From Saccharolobus islandicus REY15A (GTDB taxonomy: Archaea > Thermoproteota > Thermoprotei_A > Sulfolobales > Sulfolobaceae), in the NCBI RefSeq assembly GCF_000189555.1, contig NC_017276.1: DNA of 64,000 bases; one strand, given 5' to 3'. The position numbers were made by a program, and so were the translations under genes. Within the stretch, counting starts at the first letter, position 1. Each line of letters opens with the position of its first letter. The notes below the pieces were generated by a model. The model worked only from the letters and a program-made list of their open reading frames with translations, ran no database searches and was not told the origin of the DNA. Below, one piece after another: positions 33,732 through 41,923 of the stretch.

Positions 33732-36083
33732 ATGATTAAGGTTAATAGATACGAGATTTTTCTTGATTTCAGCTTTCAAACTGGAGATTATAAGGGATAT
33801 GAGAAAATTGAAATGGAAAGCGATGAAGAAACAGTAGTACTAGACGCTGTAGGTTTGAAGATTTTAAAAGTAAAAGTAAACGAAAAAGAGATTGAATTCT
33901 CACAAGACGAGAGTAAAGTCAACGTGAAAAGTGGATCTTTTTCTGGTATTTTAGAGGTAGAATTTGAGGGAAAGGTTGCTGAAAGGAAATTGGTGGGTAT
34001 TTATAAGGCTTCTTATAAAGATGGATACGTTATTAGTACGCAGTTTGAGGCAACACATGCTAGGGACTTTATCCCTTGTTTTGATCATCCTGCAATGAAG
34101 GCCAAGTTTAAGTTAACTGTTAGAGTTGATAAAGGACTTAAGGTAATATCCAATATGCCAGTAGTAAGAGAAAAGGAAGAGAATGGGAAATTAGTATATG
34201 AATTTGATGAAACGCCTAGAATGTCTACCTATTTACTATACCTAGGAATTGGAAACTTTGAGGAAATTAAAGATGAAGGTAAGATTCCAACAATTATAGT
34301 AGCCACAATACCAGGCAAAGTGCAAAAGGGAAGATTCTCTATGCAGATCTCAAGAAATTCTATAGAGTTCTATGGGAAGTATTTTGAAATTCCCTACCAA
34401 TTGCCTAAAGTTCATTTAATCGCAATACCGGAATTCGCATATGGGGCTATGGAGAATTGGGGGGCAATTACTTTTAGGGAGACTGCTTTATTGGCTGATG
34501 ATTCTTCTTCTGTTTATCAGAAGTTTAGGGTTGCTGAGGTTGTTGCTCATGAGTTAGCTCACCAATGGTTTGGTAATTTGGTAACTTTAAAGTGGTGGGA
34601 TGATTTATGGTTAAACGAGAGTTTCGCAACATTCATGAGCCATAAGGCTATTTCGCAACTATTCCCGTCATGGAACTTCTGGGGTTATTTCGTTTTAAAC
34701 CAGACTTCTAAAGCATTGGAGAAGGACTCTGTGTCAACTACGCACCCAATAGAGGCACACGTAAAGGACCCTAATGAAGTAGAGCAAATGTTTGATGATA
34801 TTAGTTACGGTAAGGGGGCTAGTATTTTAAGGATGATTGAGGCTTATGTTGGTGAGGAGAATTTCAGAAGGGGTGTAGTTAACTACTTAAAGAAGTTCTC
34901 GTATTCAAACGCTCAAGGTTCTGATTTATGGAATTCCATTTCTGAAGTTTATGGTTCTAATATTTCTCCGATAATGGCTGACTGGATAACTAAACCTGGC
35001 TATCCCATGGTTAGGGTTAGTGTTTCTGGAAATCGCGTAAACTTAGAGCAGGAGAGATTTTCGGTATTAGGAAACGTTGAGAACTTGACTTATAAGATTC
35101 CTCTTACCATGGAGGTTAACGGTAAGATTGTAACTCATTTACTAGACAAGGAGAGAGAGACTATAACTTTTGAGGAAGATATAAAGAGCTTTAAGGCTAA
35201 CGTAAATAGGACTGGATTTTATCGAGTTCTTTACAACTCTTATCTAGTGTTCAATGCCAAATTATCAGAGCTCGACAAGTGGGGTATTATAAACGATTAC
35301 TGGGCTTTCCTATTGGCTGGTAAAATAGACTTTAAGGAATATGAAAGGATAATATCTAAATTCTTTAATGACAAAGATTTCTTACCGGTTAATGAGCTTT
35401 CTAATGAATTATTTACCCTTTATGCGATAAATCCGGACAAGTATCAAGGTATTTCAAAGGAATTTCATAGAATTCAGCTGAAGAATTGGAGAAATTCAAA
35501 GGATGAGTTAGGAAGACTGACGTATTCAAATATTCTTTATAGACTTGCTGCAATGGATGATGAGTTCTCTTTAGGTCTTTCGGAGATGTTCAGATTCTAC
35601 GATTCTCTAGATTCTGATACGAGACAAGGAGTAGCTGTGGCATATGCTATTACTTATGAAGAGGACGCTATTGACGAACTGTTAGAGAGATATAGGAAGG
35701 AAAGCTTTGATGAGGAAAAACTTAGATATCTAACAAGCATGTTATTCTTTAGGAAGCCTTATCTTGTGGGAAACACTTTAAGTTTAATACTGAGCGGTGA
35801 GATTAAGAAGCAAGATATTCCTTATACATTGAGCGTAGTATCTTACAACCCTTATGCTAAGAGTGCAGTGCTAAGTTGGATCAAGACGCATGTCAACTTC
35901 ATGAGAGAGGCCTATAAGGGGACTGGGATACTTGGGAGGAGACTTGCAGAGGTTATTCCACTAATTGGAATAGGGGCAGAAAAAGAAACTGAGCAGTTCT
36001 TTAGTAATCTTAAAATGCCAGAAGGAGAGAGAGGAATAAGAACAGGATTAGAGTTACTTAAAGCTTATTCGAGGTTAAAGTGA
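33732..36083 (+). CDS. M1-family aminopeptidase (tricorn-interacting factor F2/F3-like)
   Basis: GAMENWG exopeptidase motif; HELAH...E (WLNESFA) zinc motif. Confidence 0.95.
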   Translation: MIKVNRYEIFLDFSFQTGDYKGYEKIEMESDEETVVLDAVGLKILKVKVNEKEIEFSQDESKVNVKSGSFSGILEVEFEGKVAERKLVGIYKASYKDGYVISTQFEATHARDFIPCFDHPAMKAKFKLTVRVDKGLKVISNMPVVREKEENGKLVYEFDETPRMSTYLLYLGIGNFEEIKDEGKIPTIIVATIPGKVQKGRFSMQISRNSIEFYGKYFEIPYQLPKVHLIAIPEFAYGAMENWGAITFRETALLADDSSSVYQKFRVAEVVAHELAHQWFGNLVTLKWWDDLWLNESFATFMSHKAISQLFPSWNFWGYFVLNQTSKALEKDSVSTTHPIEAHVKDPNEVEQMFDDISYGKGASILRMIEAYVGEENFRRGVVNYLKKFSYSNAQGSDLWNSISEVYGSNISPIMADWITKPGYPMVRVSVSGNRVNLEQERFSVLGNVENLTYKIPLTMEVNGKIVTHLLDKERETITFEEDIKSFKANVNRTGFYRVLYNSYLVFNAKLSELDKWGIINDYWAFLLAGKIDFKEYERIISKFFNDKDFLPVNELSNELFTLYAINPDKYQGISKEFHRIQLKNWRNSKDELGRLTYSNILYRLAAMDDEFSLGLSEMFRFYDSLDSDTRQGVAVAYAITYEEDAIDELLERYRKESFDEEKLRYLTSMLFFRKPYLVGNTLSLILSGEIKKQDIPYTLSVVSYNPYAKSAVLSWIKTHVNFMREAYKGTGILGRRLAEVIPLIGIGAEKETEQFFSNLKMPEGERGIRTGLELLKAYSRLK

Positions 36084-36134
36084 TAAAGATTTTTTAACAT
36101 GTACCTTTTACCCTTTTCTAAATATTATATATTT

Positions 36135-36485
36135 ATGGATAAGTACAAATTAGCTTTATTAGGTGAAGCTGGTGCGGCCGGATTAGATAGAGGATTTTCG
36201 ATTAGATATAAGGTTTTTCACGAGTCTTATCTGAACGAGGTATCTCACTGGAAGTATTTTCAAAAATATAGTAGATCGTTCTTGGAGAAACCCGTATATT
36301 ACGCTTTTTCAATCCTTGGTTTTGTGATTTCACTATTTGGAATAGAGGCTGTTAAAAAGGTTAATGAGATCGTAGAAAGAAACGCCATTGATTTTTACAA
36401 GAGTAATTTTAATGAGAGTAATGAAGATATAAAGAGAATTCTGGAGGATGAGGAAAAGCACTTCTCTATGTCAGTTGATGCTTAA
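36135..36485 (+). CDS. Ferritin-like/rubrerythrin-fold small protein
   Basis: E...EVSH...E...DEEKH pattern. The likely start is MDKYKL at 36135. Confidence 0.65.
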   Translation: MDKYKLALLGEAGAAGLDRGFSIRYKVFHESYLNEVSHWKYFQKYSRSFLEKPVYYAFSILGFVISLFGIEAVKKVNEIVERNAIDFYKSNFNESNEDIKRILEDEEKHFSMSVDA

Positions 36486-36513
36486 ATAAGTTTTACATAA
36501 GAAGATTAAATTA

Positions 36514-37344
36514 ATGGTAAAGATTTACTTAGGTCCTGCGGGAATTCCGCACTCCTCTAAAAAGAAGAATACGATTGAGGGTATAAGGACTGTTAAAGAG
36601 TTGGGCTTAAACGCTATGGAAGTTGAGTTCGTGCAAGGTGTGAGAATGAGCAGGGAAACTGCAGAGGAAACTGGACAAGTTGCTAAGGAATTGGGAGTTA
36701 GGTTATCGGTTCACGCTCCATATTTCATCAATTTGTGTTCCGAGGAAAAAGACAAAATTGAGGCTTCAAAGCAGAGAATTTTAGATACTGCTGACAGAGC
36801 TGAGTTAATGGGAGCTGATGCTATAGCTATTCATATTGCATTCTACGGTAAAATGAGCCCAGAAGAATGTTATCAAAACGTTAAGGAAGGATTAGCAGAG
36901 GTAATAGATAAGGCTAAGGAAATGGGTATAAAGAACGTTAAGTTTGGTGTTGAAACTATGGCTAAGGAAACTGCTTTTGGGACTTTAGATGAAGTCATCT
37001 CGATATCTAAAGAGCTAAAGGGCGTAATACCCTACATAGATTGGGCTCATACTTTTGCTAGGCAAGGTGGGGAAATAGATTATGGGAAGATTATCGATAG
37101 GCTAATTAAGGAATTAGGTTTGACTCATATAAATTCTCACTTCGAATCTCTAGTTTCTAGGAAAGGAAAATATGTGGATGAGCATATTCCCATAGATGCT
37201 AACGCCCCACCGTTTGAACCATTAGCTAAGGAATTGCTTAAAAGGGATATTTCGATAACATTGATATGTGAAAGTCCAGAATTGGAAAGAGATGCGTTAA
37301 AAATGAAGGAGGTATTGGAGAGACTTGGATATAGACTGGAATGA
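36514..37344 (+). CDS. nfo: Endonuclease IV (AP endonuclease)
   Basis: SVHAPYFINL, ETMAK, IDWAH, HF, DEH and ICES metal ligands. Confidence 0.92.
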   Translation: MVKIYLGPAGIPHSSKKKNTIEGIRTVKELGLNAMEVEFVQGVRMSRETAEETGQVAKELGVRLSVHAPYFINLCSEEKDKIEASKQRILDTADRAELMGADAIAIHIAFYGKMSPEECYQNVKEGLAEVIDKAKEMGIKNVKFGVETMAKETAFGTLDEVISISKELKGVIPYIDWAHTFARQGGEIDYGKIIDRLIKELGLTHINSHFESLVSRKGKYVDEHIPIDANAPPFEPLAKELLKRDISITLICESPELERDALKMKEVLERLGYRLE

Positions 37345-38026
37345 AATACTAGTAGCTTCGGATTATGATAGGACATTAGCCAATGAAGAGAGTAATTTTG
37401 TAATATCCCCCATTGTTGTACAAAAGGTAAATGAATTTTCAAAAAAGTATAAGTTTGTTGTAGTGAGTGGTAGGGAAAAGAAATTTATGGACAAGTTGGC
37501 TGTTGGTTTAAGACCTACTGCGTGGATACTGGAGAATGGTTCGTTGATATTTTTCGATAATAAAGAGTTTGTGCTTTGTGAAAAGAGTTGGTTTGAAAGA
37601 GATAGGAAGAAGATAATTGAAATATTAGATAATCTTAAAGCTAAGTATTCTATAGGTAGAGTTATAATATATATTGATGGTTATGGATCTAAATTAGATA
37701 TGCTAAGGGATATAGAAAAGTATGGAAGAATAGAGGTGAATAGAAACGATGCTATGATTCTACCTAAAGGTGTGGACAAGGGTGTAGGAGTTTTGAAGTT
37801 TAAGGAATTAACTGGATTTAAGGGAAAGATAATAGCTGTAGGAGATAGTGAAAACGATTATGCGTTATTTAGAATTGCTGACATTAAAGTAGCGGTTGCA
37901 AATGCAATACCTCAAATAAAGGAAATTGCTGATATAGTTACTGAAAAACCTAATGGTTTAGGAGTAGTGGAGATTTTAGATAAGATATTATCTGGGAATT
38001 TTGGAAAAGAAGTAGATATCCACTAA
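37325..38026 (+). CDS. HAD-superfamily IIB hydrolase (phosphoglycolate phosphatase-like)
   Basis: SDYDRTL, VSGR, DKG, GDSENDY and VAVANA motifs. Confidence 0.88.
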   Translation: MDIDWNEILVASDYDRTLANEESNFVISPIVVQKVNEFSKKYKFVVVSGREKKFMDKLAVGLRPTAWILENGSLIFFDNKEFVLCEKSWFERDRKKIIEILDNLKAKYSIGRVIIYIDGYGSKLDMLRDIEKYGRIEVNRNDAMILPKGVDKGVGVLKFKELTGFKGKIIAVGDSENDYALFRIADIKVAVANAIPQIKEIADIVTEKPNGLGVVEILDKILSGNFGKEVDIH

Positions 38027-38611
38027 GAACTCATGAATTCTTTTCATGTGCCAAGGATAATATGGTTTTAATCTGTACCTCTCAGACAATATTTCAGCAG
38101 AAAATCCGTGCTTTTTAGCTATTTTGATTATAATTTGCCTCGATCTTTCATTAGACTTATGTATAGAGTAGACTACATTGGAAATACTAAAAGCTGTTTG
38201 TAAAAACTTAATATCTATTCCTCTATTTACTACTCCAAATGGAGGATTTTGAATTACAGTATCAAATCTACCGTAAAATTGGATTATATCAGCATTTAAC
38301 AGCTCTATGTCTAAGTTTAATTCGCTTTTGATATTTCTTGCAGTCTCTAATGATTCTAGATCAATCTCCACACAAGTGCAATAAGCACCTAAAAGTGAAG
38401 CCGCAAAGCAGAAAACGCCAGTTCCACAACCTAAATCAACTACCTTCTTATTGCTTATATGCCCAGATATATATGCGTGCCAAACTATTTGAGCAACTAT
38501 TGGTGAAGGTGTTACATACTGTTCTAGTTCGTACTTCGGATTTGGATGTGGTTTTGAATATTTTTCTAGGAATTTTTCAATCTCTCTTTTACTAATTCTA
38601 GAGCTTCCAAT
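37988..38611 (-). CDS. METTL5-like N6-adenine methyltransferase; probable ATT start at 38611
   Basis: The frame is open upstream of the tracked GTG (38371) and contains LEQYVTP and VDLGCGTG; NPPFG lies downstream. SD GGGTGA sits 7 nt before the ATT. Confidence 0.85.
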   Translation of the reverse strand: MGSSRISKREIEKFLEKYSKPHPNPKYELEQYVTPSPIVAQIVWHAYISGHISNKKVVDLGCGTGVFCFAASLLGAYCTCVEIDLESLETARNIKSELNLDIELLNADIIQFYGRFDTVIQNPPFGVVNRGIDIKFLQTAFSISNVVYSIHKSNERSRQIIIKIAKKHGFSAEILSERYRLKPYYPWHMKRIHEFLVDIYFFSKIPR

Positions 38612-39234
38612 AAATTATTCACCCTATTTTCCTTTATTTCAGGATAGAACCCTAATCTATCTAAAAGTATTGCCTCAAGACCTGCTCTTTTCGCACCAAT
38701 TACGTCTATTTCGTAAATGTCACCTATATGAATACCATCACTTTTAGCGATTTCCATGGCGTAGGAGAAAATCTTTGGGTGAGGTTTCATAACGTTCAAA
38801 TCACATGATGCTACTATACCATCAAAGTACTTCTTAATACCCAGATCTTCTACTATTTTATAGATATTTCTGGTTGCGTTACTAACTAAAACAACTTTAA
38901 ATCCGAGTTGTTTGGCTTCCTCTAGGAACGTAATTGAATCGTCATAGAGTTCATATTCCCCAGATAACAAGTTTTTGCTATTTAATCTAGCTATTGATTC
39001 TTGATCAGGATATATATTAAGTTCATAAAACAGTTCCCTAAAATCAAAAGCTGAAAGACCTCCGTATTCTGGGCTAGGATAGTGATGTTTTCCTAGAATC
39101 TTCGCAACTGCCTTGAAAACTCTCTTTTCGTCAACATTATAGCCAATTTCCTTAAGGGCATATGCAATATTTTCGTGGTATCTAGGCTTAAAGTGTACTA
39201 GCGTCTCTCCTAAGTCTACAAATATTGCCTTCAT
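38566..39234 (-). CDS. HAD-superfamily IA hydrolase
   Basis: VDLGETL, VSNA, KPHPKIF, HIGD..EIDVIGA motifs. Confidence 0.9.
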   Translation of the reverse strand: MKAIFVDLGETLVHFKPRYHENIAYALKEIGYNVDEKRVFKAVAKILGKHHYPSPEYGGLSAFDFRELFYELNIYPDQESIARLNSKNLLSGEYELYDDSITFLEEAKQLGFKVVLVSNATRNIYKIVEDLGIKKYFDGIVASCDLNVMKPHPKIFSYAMEIAKSDGIHIGDIYEIDVIGAKRAGLEAILLDRLGFYPEIKENRVNNLLEALELVKERLKNS

Positions 39235-39247
39235 ATATATATTCGCT

Positions 39248-39553
39248 TTACTTGTTCCTAATTAAAAATTTTGGCATTTCAATTTTCTCAGACTTGCAAA
39301 CTGGGCATCTACTAGGCCTTTTTATTTTCTCAGAGTTGAATGTGTAGCCGCAACTCTTGCACCTAGCCGGTATTATTATAAGCGTATAACCTTTCCTTTT
39401 GCTCGACCTTGCCAAATGCTCTATATGATCGTAAATCTCTTTTTCCTTCCTAATATCTAGTCTTCTCATTATCTCCCTAGCACTCAACGGTTCATCTGAA
39501 TAAGATAACAAGAAAAATATTTTTTCCCTAGTTGTTAAGAAGTCTGTATTCAA
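39248..39553 (-). CDS. HTH plus Zn-ribbon transcriptional regulator
   Basis: PLSAREIM...EIYDHIEHL HTH; CKSCG...CPVCKSE ribbon. Confidence 0.85.
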   Translation of the reverse strand: MNTDFLTTREKIFFLLSYSDEPLSAREIMRRLDIRKEKEIYDHIEHLARSSKRKGYTLIIIPARCKSCGYTFNSEKIKRPSRCPVCKSEKIEMPKFLIRNK

Positions 39554-40295
39554 TTAAGCTCAATATACTCTCTTTTGCGTCAATTTTAATATTATATGCT
39601 CTCAGTAGCCAATCATCTAGAGAAAAATCCCTCTGTTGATTATCAATTTCAATAACTTCATTTCCAAAGATATCTGAAAGATAACTACATATTTCAAAAA
39701 GAGATACTCTGTTACTTCCTACGTTTATTACACCCCTAGCCTCTTTATCAATAAGTAATTTACTTACCTTAGCTAGTGTATTCAAATCAATAATAGATAT
39801 ATAAAAGTTTTTATTACATTTCAAGATTTTTCCCCTTGTAGAAGCTTTAATAAATGGAAATAGAAAACCCCTATATGATAGTGAAAATAACGCTCCAACT
39901 CTTAAAACCAAGTAATTACCTAAAGTGATAATACTACTTTCTCCAACTAGTTTGGTTAATCCATAGTAATTCAATGGATTAGGAGTATTATGTTCTTTGT
40001 AAAAACCTCTCTTTCCATCATAAATTAGAAAAGAAGAAAGAAATACATTTACGCTTCCTACCTTAGAACCAGCTCTAGCTATGTTAATAGCATACCACGT
40101 GTTAAATGACCAGGCTAAGGGGGGATTCATGTTACTTTCAAAAATTGGTATTTCAAAGGTGTGCAATATCACATCTGGTTTTTCTCTTATAACCTTAGAA
40201 GGACTATCCACTATTGTAATCTCATTACTATTACTACCAAGAAATCTGGCAAAGGCTTTAGCAATCTCTCCTTCATCTGTAACTGCAATTTTCAA
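39528..40295 (-). CDS. RmlD (dTDP-4-dehydrorhamnose reductase)-like SDR protein
   Basis: YDGKRGFYKE..TPNPLNYYGLTK (YxxxK) retained; glycine-rich nucleotide loop eroded. Confidence 0.75.
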   Translation of the reverse strand: MKIAVTDEGEIAKAFARFLGSNSNEITIVDSPSKVIREKPDVILHTFEIPIFESNMNPPLAWSFNTWYAINIARAGSKVGSVNVFLSSFLIYDGKRGFYKEHNTPNPLNYYGLTKLVGESSIITLGNYLVLRVGALFSLSYRGFLFPFIKASTRGKILKCNKNFYISIIDLNTLAKVSKLLIDKEARGVINVGSNRVSLFEICSYLSDIFGNEVIEIDNQQRDFSLDDWLLRAYNIKIDAKESILSLIEYRLLNN

Positions 40296-40382
40296 TATCT
40301 ATATCCTCTCCGATGTAGAATTAAAAAGTTTCGATGATTATATAGTGTTGGTCAGGATTATAGTGAACTACCCCGCCCTTAC

Positions 40383-41603
40383 CGGTAGACCCAAAATCAT
40401 ATTAGAAAAAATATTTCTGGTAGGATAATATCGAATTGATAAAAGATAAAGAAATTTATAAGAGTATAAAGAATTCAATTGAAGAAAGGGTTTAAGGTGA
40501 GGGAGATGGCGTATTACCACGTGACATAGGAAGATGGTAACACCAGGTCTCCCTCACCAAAATAACATTCAACAAATAGGATATAAATTACTTTCCATGT
40601 TGAACTTCCAAGGGGAAAAGGTAGAGGAGGTAGCGAAAACTCTCATCTCCGCGTGTTTGTGGAACGATTCAGTAGAGAACAAGTCCAGAGCGTATGACGT
40701 ATCCCCACAGACCGTGAGGAATTACGTAGAGAAACAAGGGATGGAAGTGACTGAAAAGCTATTGGAAAGAGCTAGGAAAATATCCTTGGAGATATTAAAG
40801 GGAGTGAATGAGATAGATCTTTCAATAGACTGGACAACCAAGACATGGTATGGGAAACCAGTGAAAGGGCTCGGGAGCTCTGAAAAAGGAAACTCGTGGA
40901 ACTACGCAACTGCAACAACCAAGTATAAGGGGAAAGTGCTTTTACTTGCCTTTATTCTGCAAGTGAACGGTATGACTAAGGATGAGATAGTGAAGGTTCT
41001 TGTTGAACAAGTAATGGCAATGGGATTCAAGATAAGGTTGATAACTCTTGACGCTGGTTTCTATACTGTTGATGTGCTCAACTTCATTTCACAGTTTAAG
41101 TACATAATTGCTGTTCCGGTTGGGGACGTGAAGGTGTACGAGGAGTTTGACGGGGATTACACAACTAATAGTAAGAGGCATAGGAGGGATGAGCAGGTCA
41201 AGTTCAGGCTTCTCGTGTACAGCAAGGAAAAAGTGGGGAGAAAGAAGAAGAGTCTTGTTTATTTTGCTAGGGCTACTAACCTAGACCTATCCAAGAGGGA
41301 AGTGTTGGATTTGTACAATAAGGTAAGAGGTCCCATAGAGACCTCTTATAGGAACATTAAGGCTTTTCTTCCATTTACTAGTTCTACTAAGTTTGTTTTC
41401 CGCACGTTGATCTTCGTGCTGGCCCTTGTACTCTACTCCTTATATACCATATTCAAGGGGGAGGTGGGGAGAGAGGAGTTTAGATTATTATTAATTCTTT
41501 TATTTCCTGATTTATTCAATCCAGAGAATTTTACATTTAATGTAATTGAAACGCTTATTTACACTATAGATTTATTTTTGAGGAGGTGATTTTGGGTCTA
41601 CCG
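40383..41603 (+). mobile_element. ISH3-family IS (ISC1225-like), 1221 bp, apparently intact
   Basis: Perfect 17-bp TIRs CGGTAGACCCAAAATCA; 4-bp TSD TTAC at 40379-40382 and 41604-41607. Confidence 0.93.
40534..41589 (+). CDS. ISH3-family DDE transposase
   Basis: SIDWT, TLDAGFY and RGPIETSYR motifs; the stop codon lies inside the right TIR. Confidence 0.93.
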   Translation: MVTPGLPHQNNIQQIGYKLLSMLNFQGEKVEEVAKTLISACLWNDSVENKSRAYDVSPQTVRNYVEKQGMEVTEKLLERARKISLEILKGVNEIDLSIDWTTKTWYGKPVKGLGSSEKGNSWNYATATTKYKGKVLLLAFILQVNGMTKDEIVKVLVEQVMAMGFKIRLITLDAGFYTVDVLNFISQFKYIIAVPVGDVKVYEEFDGDYTTNSKRHRRDEQVKFRLLVYSKEKVGRKKKSLVYFARATNLDLSKREVLDLYNKVRGPIETSYRNIKAFLPFTSSTKFVFRTLIFVLALVLYSLYTIFKGEVGREEFRLLLILLFPDLFNPENFTFNVIETLIYTIDLFLRR

Positions 41604-41923
41604 TTACGGACAGGGCATCTCCACCTCACGATGGGGATTTCCTGCTTCTCAGAGCAACCTCGATCCCCCTTCACCCACAGCGGAGGTTCCATCGAACGGA
41701 ACCGTTCTGTAATGCCCCGTGTGGAAGAGGGGTTACGGAGGGTTGCTCTCCACAGGCGTAAGTTCCCCCAGTCCCAAGGGTACGGCCCAGCTCTTACAGC
41801 CGAGGCCTAAGAATTATCTATTTTTTGCAATAAAAAGGTTTCTATAAGGGGGCTATTCATCCCCTACCTTACGGAAGGGGACTTTCGCCCCCTTAACCCC
41901 TAATTAAGTTAAAAAAGGCAAAT

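Larger units (their letters stand above)
40363..41900 (-). mobile_element. Non-autonomous IS200/IS605-family MITE (SMN1-like, ~313 bp once the nested IS is removed)
   Basis: Minus strand: left end GGGGTTAAGGGGGCGAAAGTCCCCTTCCGTAAGGTAGGGG, right end GCCCTGTCCGTAA/GGGCGGGGTAGTTCAC. No tnpA or tnpB ORF. Confidence 0.8.

Noticed and set aside
33542-33739. 65-aa ORF upstream of the aminopeptidase
   Set aside because: Overlaps the divergent promoter region; no motif and no SD.
41586-41810. 74-aa ORF after the ISH3 transposase
   Set aside because: Starts inside the TIR and runs along the antisense strand of the GC-rich MITE, so it is an artefact of the junction.
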